A DNA stretch of 64,000 nucleotides from Rhynchobatus australiae (Eukaryota): contig JAUZTB010000087.1 in NCBI GenBank assembly GCA_034780895.1, positions 66,050,988 through 66,114,987 on the forward strand. Reading direction: 5' to 3'. Positions 25,599 to 37,625 of this stretch are shown here, piece by piece (the first letter of the stretch is position 1; each line of letters begins with the position of its first letter). The translations under genes and the position numbers were made by a program. Under the pieces are notes generated by a model that had not been told where the DNA came from, did no database searches, and saw nothing but the letters and a program-made list of their open reading frames with translations.

Positions 25599-27979
25599 CT
25601 GAGGCAGCCAAGGAGAGGACAGGAAAGGGAAATCCACTTTTGGCTCTTTATGAAATGAGGGAGTGATGCTGGGATGGACAGTGGCGACGATGTTTTGAAT
25701 TGAAAAGGAGAGGATGGAAATGGGGCCTGGAATGGAGGTCTAAGCAAAATGATAGGGGCATGACTGCAGCAGGAGAAGGTGAANNNNNNNNNNTTAATAA
25801 AATCATTCAAAATGAGGAATTTTAATAGAGTAATTAAAGAGAAATTGTTTCCACTGGCAGAGGGATCAGAAATCACGAAGTTTAGTTAATTAACAAAAGT
25901 GCCAGAAATCTGATGGAGAATGTATTTTATGCAAGTTGTTTAGATTTGGAAACTCTGCCTAAAAGGACAGTGTGAGCAGCTTCAAAGTAACTTACAAAAG
26001 GGAACTGGTTAAATACATGCAAAAGAAAAATGTACAAAGCTATTGGGAGCTGGTCAGCTATTTTGAAGACCCAAAAAGGGCACGAATGCCAAAATGGTCC
26101 CCAACATACTGTAGATTCCCATGAAGATATTTTGAGGTAATGATGAGCAAGACTTCATGTTTTTGTTTATCTGCCTTGCTCATGAAAACCTCTTGCACTA
26201 TTTCATGCCTCAATGACCAAAATACAGGCAGCTTTACTTATTGAAGGAATCTTTTCACACTGCCTTCTGGGAAGGCTGTACTGTATGATTTTTTCAAACT
26301 GCGGCCACGTGCGGTCGGCAAGACTGCAGGAGGGAGGGTCATGAACTCATCACATTTCTAGTCCATCAAAGCTTCACTCTTGGTGGCCTGGGAACAGATG
26401 GTTTTAATGTGCAGATGTCCAGGGGGAGAATGAGTGTGGGAAAGGAAAAGAAACAGAGCCACTTCTGTGTCGTAACATGCGTGCATGTGTGTTTATTATG
26501 GAACAGAATGAGGCCATTCAGCCTATTACCATTTCTGTTTTTCCCACAGCCCTACAAACTATTTTCCTTCCAGTGCCAATCCAAGTCCCTTTAAGGTCCT
26601 GATCGACTCAGTTTCTACCACCTCTACAGACAGTAAGTTCCACATCACAAGTTCTTTTTCCACATACCTTTATACATATTGGCCAAAATTTTAAATCTAT
26701 TCCTTGGTTCTTGAGCCTGTAGCTGATGGGGGCAGCTTCCCGCCACCGCCCTGTCAAAACCAGGTGAAACTTTGAAACGTCAATCAAATCTCCTCTCAGC
26801 CTTTGCTCCAGGGGCAAAGATCCCAGCTTCCCCAGTCTAACCATTTTTAAAAAATTTTATTTACAGCGTGGTAACAGGCCTTCCGGCCTAACGAGTCCGC
26901 GCCACCCACTTTAAACCCATGTTAACCTACCCAGGGCAGGTGTGGGGTCTGGTGTCCAACTCCAACTCCTATTTTTTTGTGTTCTTGGGCCTGAGGCACC
27001 TTTGTCAGGTGCTTTGCCCCAAACCAAAGGGATTTGTGCAACATAGATAATGAATGGGATGGAGAGGGCTAGCATTCACTCTCACCGGACACATACCCCT
27101 TCCACAAGTCAACCCAGCATTCACACATGCTTCAGCTTCCATGTACTGAAAGCAGTAGATTCCAAACCTTAAACCATTCACTCAAGAGGCGGGAAAGATT
27201 CCACCCAAAGTCTGGTCCTGTCGAGGAAATGGGTTTTCTCTCTTCTTGCTAAAAGGATGAGCTATGGTCAGGCCCCAGGAATATTAAATTTCTCATCAGT
27301 GCTGTTAGTCACAACTGAAAATACTTCAATAATGAATTCCCATGTTAAAGTTTTTTCACTTATATATAAAAATATACCTCAGCCTCTTAAAAAGCTTTTA
27401 GTGCACTCTAACGTGGACAATCTATTCAAATGTATCTGCTGCAGTACTGCATCTATCACTGACGAACTTCCTATTACTTGCCAAGCGCAATTATTGATGA
27501 TTATTTTCAATTCCCAATTACATCCATCACATTGAAATGTGAAAGATTATGACAAATGTAGAGTGGCCCTTCGGTAATTAAGGGATCAGCCATCTCCCAA
27601 TGGTAGCACATGCGTCAGAACAATATAGGTTGAAGTTCGCTCCACAGACCTGAGCACAGAGTTGGAGACTGACACTTCTGACCAATACTGAGGGAGAGTG
27701 GACTCTTGGTGGTGTTTTCTTTCAAATGAGGACTTGTCTTTGCTCCCAGGTGGAAGTACAACCTGCTACAAGCAATAAATGAACAACATCTGGGGAGGTC
27801 TCCTGTTTTATTAATTCCTCACCCAACTGAAAGAGATAACTTTGTTTGTTATGTTATTGCTGTCTGTGGGACCCTGCAGTGTGTAAACTGGCTGCTGTGT
27901 TTCCTACCTTACATCAGCGCTGTATACCATTACAGAATGATACTGAAGTTCAATATTAACTGCAATGTGAAAATCATTA

Positions 27980-28330
27980 AAAAAGAACTGCAGATATTGG
28001 ACAGATGAAATAAAAACAAAATATGTTGGAAACCCTCAGCAGGTAAGGTAGTACCTGTGCAAAGAGAAACAGAGTTAATGCTTCAAGTCTGTGATCCCTT
28101 GTCGAAATACCTGAAGGGCCTCGGACCTGAAGCATTAACTATTTCTCTTTTCACAGATGCTGCCTGACCTGCTGAGTGTTTCCAGCATTGTCTGTTTTTA
28201 TTAACTGCTGTGTGCTTTTGCACTCGTGAACAGCATTAAATATATAAATCATACGTGTAATTTTGACTGTTTCTCTCCCCACAGATGCTGCATGACAAAC
28301 TGAATGTCTCCAGCATTTGCTTTTTTTTCC
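27980..28330. mobile_element. Older Penelope-like inverted-arm repeat
   Basis: tgttggaaaccctcagcagg...cctgctgagtgtttccagca inverted arms with a decayed core in the centre. Confidence 0.5.
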
Positions 28331-29084
28331 TAAATCAAGTCATCATTTGAAATAAACTGAAGGAAGACGGCAAACATAGAAACTTGGCGGTGGCCGGAAG
28401 AATTGAGAGCAGAAAAATAACTGGGAAAAGATTTCAGGGGGAGAGAGATAAATAAGCATAGACAATATGGGAAAGAATGTTGGAGAGGGTGTGAGGAAGA
28501 TAAAGATATAATGACATGGAAGAAAGCCAGTCTATTAGATCCATGCCAGCTGCCAGGGAACCAATTCTATCAGTCCCATTCCCACCCTGCAACTTATTCT
28601 CTCTTATGTCCTACATGTGTCCTACATTCGGTGTCATTTTAGAGGAGCCAATTCTCCTTCCATTTATCTATGGGATGTGGGTGTCACTCGCAAGGGCCAG
28701 TATTTATTCTCTGTCCCTAATTGCCCTTTGCAGATTATGGCTGGCTATTCAGGGAACGACTTTGGGCCCAGGATCACATACAGACCTGACCGAGCGAACC
28801 AGATGAGTTTTAGTTACAATCCAATTGTTTCACGGCCACCATGACTAAGACTTAATCTTCAATCGCAGATTTATTAAATATGAGAGTTTAAATTCCCCAA
28901 GTGTGATGGTGGGATTTGTCTCATGACTCCCAATCAGTAACCCCGACCTCTGATTGCTAGTACAGTAACTTAATAGCAATGCTACCACACCAGGTAACAG
29001 AGGGAAAGAGTGCAAGTGTCAACAAGAGAGCAATAATCACAGTAGAGGAAAGACAGAACAGTGAGATAAAGTGGATGAGGGAAA

Positions 29085-29089
<5 letters not shown>

Positions 29090-29115
<26 letters not shown>

Positions 29116-29160
29116 TGAAATCAGGAGAGAGAGAGAGAGATTAGGAGAGAAAGAAACAGA
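29090..29160. repeat. (GA)n microsatellite / purine-rich tract
   Basis: Runs of gagagaga. Confidence 0.9.
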
Positions 29161-31783
29161 AGTAAGCCAACTGGGTACAGGGGCAGGTTCGTCTCTCTGG
29201 ATATGTGCCAAGACCGGCAAGGCTGGCATTCGTCGACCACTCTTGGATGCCCATGAGACGATGATGAGCCTACCTCTCCAGCCACTGCAGTCAGCGAGTG
29301 ATTTTCTTTGCAGCGGTCTGGCACAATTAGGTCGGCCACTTCGTGGGGTATGAAGAGCTTGGAACCTCACACAGGCCCGGCTGGGTACAACTGGAAAGGA
29401 AGAGTCAGGTGGGCAGCTGCTTCATTAGTGTCCTCTTGCCACGTCTACCCTAACCCTTGCAGCAAGAGAAGCAACCACAAAAGAAGAACATGCTTGGAGA
29501 AAGATACGTATTTTGTTTTAAATATTGAGAACATTAAGGGATATTTGGGTTTGTGCAGGAAAACGGAGCTGCGGTAAGAGATCAGCTACACTCTTATTGA
29601 ATAGTGGAGCAGGCACAAGGGGCTGAATGAGCAGCTACCACTTCTATTTACATTCGTACCTAGCATTGACCATACCTAGGGGCACCTTGCTGTCTGAAGT
29701 AGTGCACCATCACAAAAAAAATCTTTTTCTTGTAATGCGCTGCCAAATGCGGTTCCCCAAGAGCAAGACAAAGAAGCAAAATGGGTGGCTGTGGACTGGT
29801 GTACATGTCCCTGGTCTTTGTCCCTGCTGAGCTTTCTGCTAGATGTGCTGACGAGGAATTGTTACCAACTTTGTAAACCCTCAGCCACAGGGGTCGTAGG
29901 CTACAAGAGAAAGTACGGGTTGTAGTACTGGGGAATGTGGGAGAGACCTCATCACCCAGAGACTGATTAGAATGTAGCAGCCACTACCACAGTGAGCAGT
30001 GAGGCTAAATTGCATCAATAATAAAGGGAAGCTGGATAAACACATGAGGGACTAAGGAGCTGAAGATTGTGCTGACAGTGAGATGGAAGGTAGGTTGTCA
30101 GTACTTGTTGGATCTTTTACTGGAGGGTTGATGATACTAATGTTTTGCCTCTAATATCTGATCAGAAGCTTGCATTACTTAGTCTCCATCTCTCATTTAT
30201 CCATATTAAACATTCCTTCCACACACTCACACACTCATCCAGCCCTTGTTCCTCAGTGTCCATCTTTCCTGAATCGCAGCACACTAATTCTGAAAAATTC
30301 CAAAGCCACGATCGACCAACAAGGCTCAATATTCATCACTTCCCAAAACAGAGACTATTCCAAAGACTGGCCCTATATCTGAATGCGAGGGCTCCCAACA
30401 GCCAGCCATTCAGTGATATCCCAGAGCACCCCAACAGCCAGTTGCTGAGGCTCATCAACAGCCAGCCTCTGAGGCCCATGATTTGCCAAGAGAAGTCCAT
30501 CAGCAGCGCATTACCAAGACCATGTCTCCACACCCAGTGATTTTAGGCCAAATACTCCTGAACCACTATCTGGGCCCAATCTCTGCACCATTTGGTTTGG
30601 TGCAAGGTTGCCTGCCAGCCTGGAGGCGGAACGCTACATCCTGCAGTGTAACCCAGAGCTACTGGTAACTGCATGCAATCCGAAAGGGAGTTAGAGCATG
30701 TGCTAGCAAATCTACAGTCTGTGTGTGGACAGGTAGCAGAGCTGACAGGCACACGTGTCACAGACCTCTCTTCAGTGTCTCCACTCCAGAAAAGCACAGA
30801 TATTTCCAGGAAATTCCAGTCAAAACCGGGTGCATTGGACCCCTAACAAGATGGGGGAAGAGGAAGCTCGTATGGAACATAAACACAGGGGCAAGTTATT
30901 GGTGGGCGATTTCAACAATGCTGATTCAATGCATGACCTGAATCAATGTGGTCAATCCCCATACCCCACCCACCATCCCCACTGGGGGCTGTGCAATCAG
31001 CAATCCCATAGGCACGACAGACTGGGCAATAAATGCTGGCCTTGTTGGTGACACCCACGTCCCAGTGAATGCATCAACAAACAGAAGGAGAACGCTGNNN
31101 NNNNNNNNNNNNNNNNNNNNNNNNNNNNNNNNNNNNNNNNNNNNNNNNNNCAGGACTTTAAGCTGGAGATATCAGGGAAAAAACACAGGAATTGATCTTC
31201 ACCAAATCACCCAATGAGTCACACAATAGAAAAACAAATGTTATAAGACTGAATGAGTGCATAACCAGAAGAAAAAACGATTAACAGCTAAATCCTATTT
31301 ATTGCAAGGTAGATGTATGGCAATAGCACCCATTTTAAACTACTGTACTGTGGGGGATGGGGGTTGACATATTTATTGCTGATCCCACTGCTTGCAAAAG
31401 AAGAATGTCCGTGTCTCAATAATCACAATCTACATTTCCAGTCCTAAGTCAGTATTAATGTGAAAAGGTGGAACAAAATGGACTGAATATTATCAACTGA
31501 AGCATCCTTACGTCTGCCTGGCTCCTGGTTTTTGCTTCAGGTCTTTGATTACTGAGGGAAGCACCTTTCCATTGGTCGGGGGATGCATGTTACATGTCAA
31601 GCCTGTGCTTGTGTAAAGCTTGTTGCCTCTGCAGAGATTTGGCTGCACAACAACATCAGATTGCATTGATAGAGCGCCACTAATGCAATGCAGAGTCTCA
31701 AACAGATGATGTTTGACACATTCCACCTACTGAGAGTGCTCCCTCTCCTGGGATACCCAGAGGGAAGGTCACGTGCGACATAC

Positions 31784-32443
31784 CTTAATCTTGTCGAACC
31801 TGTCGGCCAATGCTGCCACTTGGTGGTCTCGATGGCGCCCCACCAGCTTGCACAGGGCACAGATCAGCTGCTCGTCTGTCACACAGTACATGTTGACCTT
31901 CTCGCTCTCGTGCTCCAGGCACATCAGGCCGCGGAGGTGGGAGTCAGGGACGGGCTCGATGAGGCGGTGCCCGGTGAAGGGCTTCTTGCTGGGGTGGGTG
32001 GCCTTCAGGCAGCCGTCGCAGTAGGAGACCTCGCAGGTCACGCAGGTCTTCACCGCTGCCCGCGGCGGGTCCTGCTCGCAGAACTGGCAGGGGACACGCT
32101 CAGCCGTCGTCATGGCGCTGCCGTCGAGGGCCTGCTCCCGGCGGCTCTCGCCTGGTGAGTTGGGCCCGCTCACCGAGGCCTTCTGGAAGCGGTCGATGAT
32201 GTTCTGCAGGGTGACGTTGCGCTTCAGCCCCTCTAAGCCGCGGTGGTTGAGGGCGATGACATAGCGGCACGTCGGGCACTGGAAGGCGGCAATGGATTCC
32301 ACGCTCTCGTTGGACGCACAGTGAGAGACCAGGATGCGGTGGGCGCAGCTGAAGCAGAGGCTGTGGGCACAGGGTAGAAGCAGCGGATCCTCGAAGAGCT
32401 CTAAACAGATAGGGCAGGTCAGTTCCGACTCCAGTGTTTCCAT
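31784..32443 (-). CDS. MID2: Midline family E3 ubiquitin ligase (TRIM C-I; MID2/TRIM1 favoured over MID1/TRIM18), first major coding exon: RING + B-box1 + B-box2
   Basis: Translation [36 protein letters not shown]...[26 protein letters not shown] is 660 nt (220 codons) and ends at AAG|GTATGT, a phase 0 donor at 31783. This matches the exon size I recall for human MID1/MID2. MID2-type residues: CFS, NHRG, ESRRE, CEQDPPR, VPDxHL, DRF. MID1-type residues: SHC, SVES, GLMCLEH, VTD. Family assignment ~0.98, paralogue assignment ~0.6. Confidence 0.95.
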
Positions 32444-32499
32444 CTTCAGGCAAAGCAATCCTGTGTCGTCAGCAAAATCCAGGGAGGCTGGTGAGCTAT
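32444..32499 (-). other. 5' part of the same exon (56 nt before METLE); open, in-frame extension [19 protein letters not shown]
   Basis: Acceptor cctgtgttgcctttccAG at 32500-32501 and branch-point-like CTAAT at 32523-32527. The 56 nt equal 2 nt plus 18 codons with no stop. Confidence 0.8.
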
Positions 32500-34256
32500 C
32501 TGGAAAGGCAACACAGGATTCGATTAGACGGTTGCACTGGGAGGGAGGAGGGGCTCAGCTGAGGGAGGTTGTTGACTTACGCTGGAGCAGTGACCCATTA
32601 CTCCCAGACAGCTCCCGCCCGCCGCTCAGACTCAGCCACAAACTCCAGGCAAGTGCCCGCGCCTCCCGAACAGCTAGGGGAAGGGAGCCTTCCCACGCGC
32701 CGCGGACTTGGAGGGAGAGACAGGGCCGGCATCGCCCAGGAGTCGGCCGCGCGGCAGCCCCTGCCCCGCGCTCCACTCGGGGACGGCTCTGTGCCGCAAG
32801 CAGACAGCCCAGTGAGGCGGAAGATGCCCATNNNNNNNNNNNNNNNNNNNNNNNNNNNNNNNNNNNNNNNNNNNNNNNNNNNNCTCTGAGGCCCCGTCCC
32901 ATCACCGAACCTCCCGACCTTTCCCAAAAGCAAAATGCTGCCCCTTTCCTGGGGGGGGGGGGTGGGGGGGTGGGGAAGGGGGTTCCACGGATTCATCGGA
33001 TTCATTAGCGAACAGGAGACGGCTGCAAGAAAAACAAATCTAATCTAATCGTGTCCATCCAACTAGCTACGGGCTTCATTAACTACAACTGATTAGTTTT
33101 AGTGTTGCAAGCGCAGTTGGCAAGAGTTTATCGAGGGGAAACATGACAACTTGAAGACGAACCAATTTTTTGAAAAAGTACTTGACAAGCCTTTATTATT
33201 CCAATGAATGCAGTCGACACTAGTATGAAGGTATGAAAGCAACCTGCGGGTTTAAAGGGTCACAGTGCTCATTAAAATCAGCATGGGGTGAGGGATGAGG
33301 GAGGGAGGGAGGTAATGGGGTCTGTGAACGACAGGACATTGGAATGACAGCTGCTTATCAGAATTTTTAGCTGCACTGACCCTTCAGCTTGTTGATGTTA
33401 ACAGCACAGCAACAAATCCCAAGTCAGGGCCCCCATCCATCAAAAAAAAACTTCCTCAACCAGGAGTCACGGTGGAACTGATGCCAAAGGTGGGCTTTAG
33501 ATGGAGATAGTGGACGGGGGCTGGCAGGCTGGCAGGGCCTCACGTTTAATCTCTCTGACAGAAAGTGACTCTGCCAGTGAAGCACACCCACTGCACTGAA
33601 CTGGAATGTCGGCCTTGGGTTTTGCGCTCAAGTCTCTGTGTGGGCACTGGGATTCCTCTCCCACGCTTCTTAACACTTCAACTAAGAAAATATAAAATAT
33701 GGGATTAATGTAGGATTAGTGTAAATGGGTGGCTGAAGGTTGGCATGGACTCAGTGGGCCAAAGGACCCATTTCTGTTCTATATCTCCACGGTTCTAAAG
33801 TGCCCTCTGATTAAATCAATGATGAACTGCCACAAACCCCTCCCTCATTTCTGAGGGTCCAAACAATCCGCACTGGCAGCAATTAGTTCTGATGGCGGCC
33901 ACCGGCCTTTACAGCAACACCAATAACAATTGTCCAAAATCCGATGTGACATTGCTTACAACTTAAAGAAGGGTCACCTGCACAATTTGACAAACTTGCA
34001 ATGACTTGAGAATGAGGGAGAGGAGGAGCGTAATGAGGAAGGAAGGAAAGAAGAGTGGGAAAGGAGAAAGAGTATGAGGCCTGGATTTATAGAGTGGCTT
34101 TTTGTCGGCTGGGTATCCCACACAGCAACTCCCCATTAGCACAGATGAGATAATGAATGTAGAGGTATTGGTTAAGGGATAAGGACACCAGCGAGATCTC
34201 CCCTGCTCTTCCTCAAGTAGTGCCTAGGGATCTATTACCTGAATGAGCAGGTAAGT

Positions 34257-34590
34257 CAGTGGGCACCCTGGTCAAAATTTCCATTACTGTGAATAGCTAA
34301 ATAAGTAAAAGATGACCTGANNNNNNNNNNNNNNNNNNNNNNNNNNNNNNNNNNNNNNNNNNNNNNNNNNNNNNNNNNNNNNNNNNNNNNNNNNNNNNNN
34401 NNNNNNNNNNNNNNNNNNNNTTGTTATTTTGAAACTGTAAAAGATGGAAATAAAAAAGTAATCTTGCTTAAAATATTAAAGAAATGTGTCATCTTTATGC
34501 CTTTTGGAAATTAGGACATCTTTTACTCGCTTAGCTATTCACAGTAATGGAAATTTTGGCCAGGAGTGCCCAAACTTTTGCATGCCACTG
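34257..34590. mobile_element. Tc1/mariner-type element with terminal inverted repeats (centre in an assembly gap)
   Basis: The right end read inward is TA-CAGTGGCATGCAAAAGTTTGGGCACTCCTGGCCAAAATTTCCATTACTGTGAATAGCTAA. The left arm gggcaccctggtcaaaatttccattactgtgaatagctaa matches it over ~60 bp. Confidence 0.8.
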
Positions 34591-35904
34591 TAAGATCTCA
34601 TCTGCTGACAGTGCAGCATTGCCTCCGTGTTCCAGTAGAGAACCAGCCTGGATTTTGGGTACGTCTTTCATCTGGACTTGAAGTCACGACCTCCTGGCTC
34701 AGAATTGAGAGTGCTGAGTGAATGGCTGGTAGCACCCTCCTTACGTACCTGCTTCTCTCCCCTCCAGCCACACAGAAACACAACTTTCAGCAACACCTCC
34801 AACATGGGTAGTGTTACGAACTTGCCTGCCCAGATGGAAGAACCTCTCTGGTTCCACATGTCTGATGCAGGATTTCTCTGGAGATAAGGTTGTCCTCTAA
34901 CAACAACAACAAATATAGTCAACCCCTACCTTTTAAGGAGTGGGACAAATAGGTGCCCAGTCTTAAAAGTGGAGGTAGATAATTTTTTTTTGAAAGATTG
35001 GAGGATTGAGGGCCACGGTGATCTGTCTCAGAGGAGTTGAAACCTGGGATAGAACAACTGTGATCATACGGATTGGCAGGACAGGCTAGAGGGGCCAGGT
35101 TGTCCACTCCTGTTCCTATTTCCTTGTGTTCTTGCTTGCTCCATTCAGTCAGATCATGGCCGACTTCCACTCCAATCGGATTTACTTGCCTTTGCTCCAT
35201 GTCACCTTAATGTCCCTACTGTGATGATATTGTGCGTACTGTCTGAGAGCTCTAAACTTAAGACTTTAAGTTCTATCTGGCATAAGTATTTATGAGTACC
35301 CTCACTACAGGGAGATTATACCGTATCAACCTACACTTCAGAGACTAGTTTACTTCACTACATTAGTCTCTACGGCGAGGTCCAGCTGTCAGTATTCACC
35401 ATTTTGAGCTGTGGGTCCCTGGACCCAACCAAGGAGAAGATACTTCCAGCTAGTGAGGCAGCTTAATCACAGTTTATTTTATTTAAAGTGAGACACATTT
35501 AATTCCAATGAGTAATTCTAAACAACGACTTGTAACTTACAAAAGGATTTCCAAACACAAGCACAATTCTTACAAGCTGAAAAATCATACCAACTTGCAG
35601 AGGAACAAATCACCTGTCACAAAAACCTGAGGAATGAATTCTAGTCATCTTTCTTTCTCTGTCATTTCCCTACCCTGACTGCTTTTTAACATTTGTACTG
35701 CTTTTTCACTTAGTTGACATCATTGGCATGTGATGTTTTTTCAACCACATATTCAGACCAATTGACTGGAGTGTTTAATTAAGTAAACGTGGATCCCATT
35801 GTTCTCTTGTTTATGTTAAGAGGCTGAGCAGGGAATATTGGTTACAAGTTTAACCAAGCAAACAAGAAACATCTTGGGCCTTGGACAATTTCTGCTGTTT
35901 TTGC

Positions 35905-37095
35905 AAAAGGGATTTTGGCTGAGGAGTTGGTGCTGGAGGGAAGGTTTTAGATTTTTTGATCATTGGGATCTCTTCTGGGGAAGGTGGGACCTGTACATAG
36001 AGGACAGGATACACCTGAACCCGAGGGGGGCCAATATCCTTTCAGGCAGGTGCTAGGGTGGTTCAGGAAGGTTTAGACTAGTTTGCAAGGGGGATGGGAA
36101 CCAGAGGGGTAGGTCAGAGGAAGAAGTAGATGTGGAAAAGTCAGATCTAATATGCAGAGAGGCTTTGAGGAAGGAGCAGCAGAGTACAGGGTATAAAAGT
36201 AGAAAGGTGGATGGGCTAAAGTGCGTTTACTTGAATGCAAGAAGTATCAGGAATAAGGGTGATGAACTGAGAGCTTCGTTAAGTACATGGGATTATGATA
36301 TTGTGGCTCTTGCAGAGACTTGGCTTCACCAGGGCAGGAATGCGTATTGAATATTCCTGGATTTCAGTGTTTTAAAAGGGATGGGGGGTGTGGGNNNNNN
36401 NNNNNNNNNNNNNNNNNNNNNNNNNNNNNNNNNNNNNNNNNNNNNNNNNNNNNNNNNNNNNNNNNNNNNNNNNNNNNNNNNNNNNNNNNNNNNNTGACCA
36501 GGAAGATTGATGAGGGTAGTGTAGTAGATGTGGTCTACATGGATTTTAGTAAGGCGTTTGACAAGGTTCCACATAGTTGGCTTCTTCAGAAGGTCAAAGG
36601 GCATAGGATCCAGGGAGGCTTGGGCGTGTGGATTCAGAATTGGCTTGCCTGTAGAAAGCAGAGGGTTGTGGTGGAGGGAGTGTATTCAGAATGGAGGGCT
36701 GTGACTAGTGGTGTCCCACAAGGATCAGTTCTGGGAGCTCTACTTTTCGATAATTAATGACTTGGATGAGGGGGTAGAAGGGTGGGTCAGCAAGTTTGCA
36801 GATGACACAAAGGTAGGTGGTGTTGTGGATAGTGTGGAGGACTGTCGAAGCTTGCAGAGGGATACTGATAGGATGCAGAGCTGAGCTGAGAAGTGGCAGA
36901 TGGAGTTCAATCTGGAGAAGTGAGGTGGTACGTTTTGGAAGGACAAACTCCAAGGCTGAGTACAAGGCTAATGGCAAGATTCTGGGTAGTGTGGAGGAGT
37001 AGAGGGATCTGGGGGTTCATATACACAGATCACAGGAAGTTGCCTCAAAGGTGGATAAGGTAGTTAAGAAAGCTCTTGGGATGTTTAAGAGCCAT
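35905..37095 (+). mobile_element. CR1-clade LINE: ORF1 esterase C-terminus, ORF2 endonuclease start, gap, then RT domain (frameshifted)
   Basis: Peptides WCWREGFRFFDHWDLFWGRWDLY..IHLNPRGANIL, LKCVYLNARSIRNKGDEL..DIVALAETWL, DVVYMDFSKAFDKVPH, VTSGVPQGSVLG and SKFADDTK. Confidence 0.92.
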
Positions 37096-37299
37096 GATCA
37101 GAACTGCTATCTGACCTGCATCATCCACGGTCTTTTGGAGAAAGGGTTCCTGATATTTAATGCATTTTGACTTCAAGCAACGTCTCCACATGTTACAAAA
37201 GTCTGGGAATGTGTGGAATTAATTATAGATGGCTGACTTAATCTCCAGAGCAAAGTAAAAGCAAGAAGATTTGGATGCGATTTATCCAAGCTCTGACCT

Positions 37300-37625
37300 T
37301 GCATCGGGCAGAAGATACAAAAGCTTGAGAACGTGAACCACCAGGCTCCAGGACAGCTTCTATCCTGCTGTTATAAGACTATTGAATGGACCTCAAGTAC
37401 GATAAAGGTGAACTCTTGACCTCACAATCTACCTTGTCATTTACCTTGTACCTTACTGTCTACCTGCACTGCATTTTCTCTGTAACTGTAACATTCTGTT
37501 AATGCTTTTTCCTTGTACTACCTTGATGTACTTGCGTTATGAAATGATCCAAATGGATGTCATGCAAAACAGTTTTTCCACTGTATTTTGGTCCATGTGA
37601 CAATAATAAACCAATTCTAATTACT
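37300..37625 (+). mobile_element. Rex1/Babar-like LINE 3' end
   Basis: Close match to 24840-25155. Confidence 0.75.

Larger units (their letters stand above)
31780..32990. promoter_or_regulatory. CpG island covering the coding exon and its upstream flank; possible proximal promoter
   Basis: High GC and abundant CpG against a CpG-depleted window; GC-box-like cccgcccgcc near 32614; G-tracts at 32950-32982. Confidence 0.6.

Noticed and set aside
32581-32598. Myristoylation-like N-terminus MGHCSS fused to the Midline protein
   Set aside because: The donor is phase 0 while the acceptor needs phase 1, so the ATG is out of frame and gives only a uORF.
31688-33008. Plus-strand ORFs (156 and 224 aa)
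   Set aside because: Antisense shadows of a GC-rich exon and CpG island.
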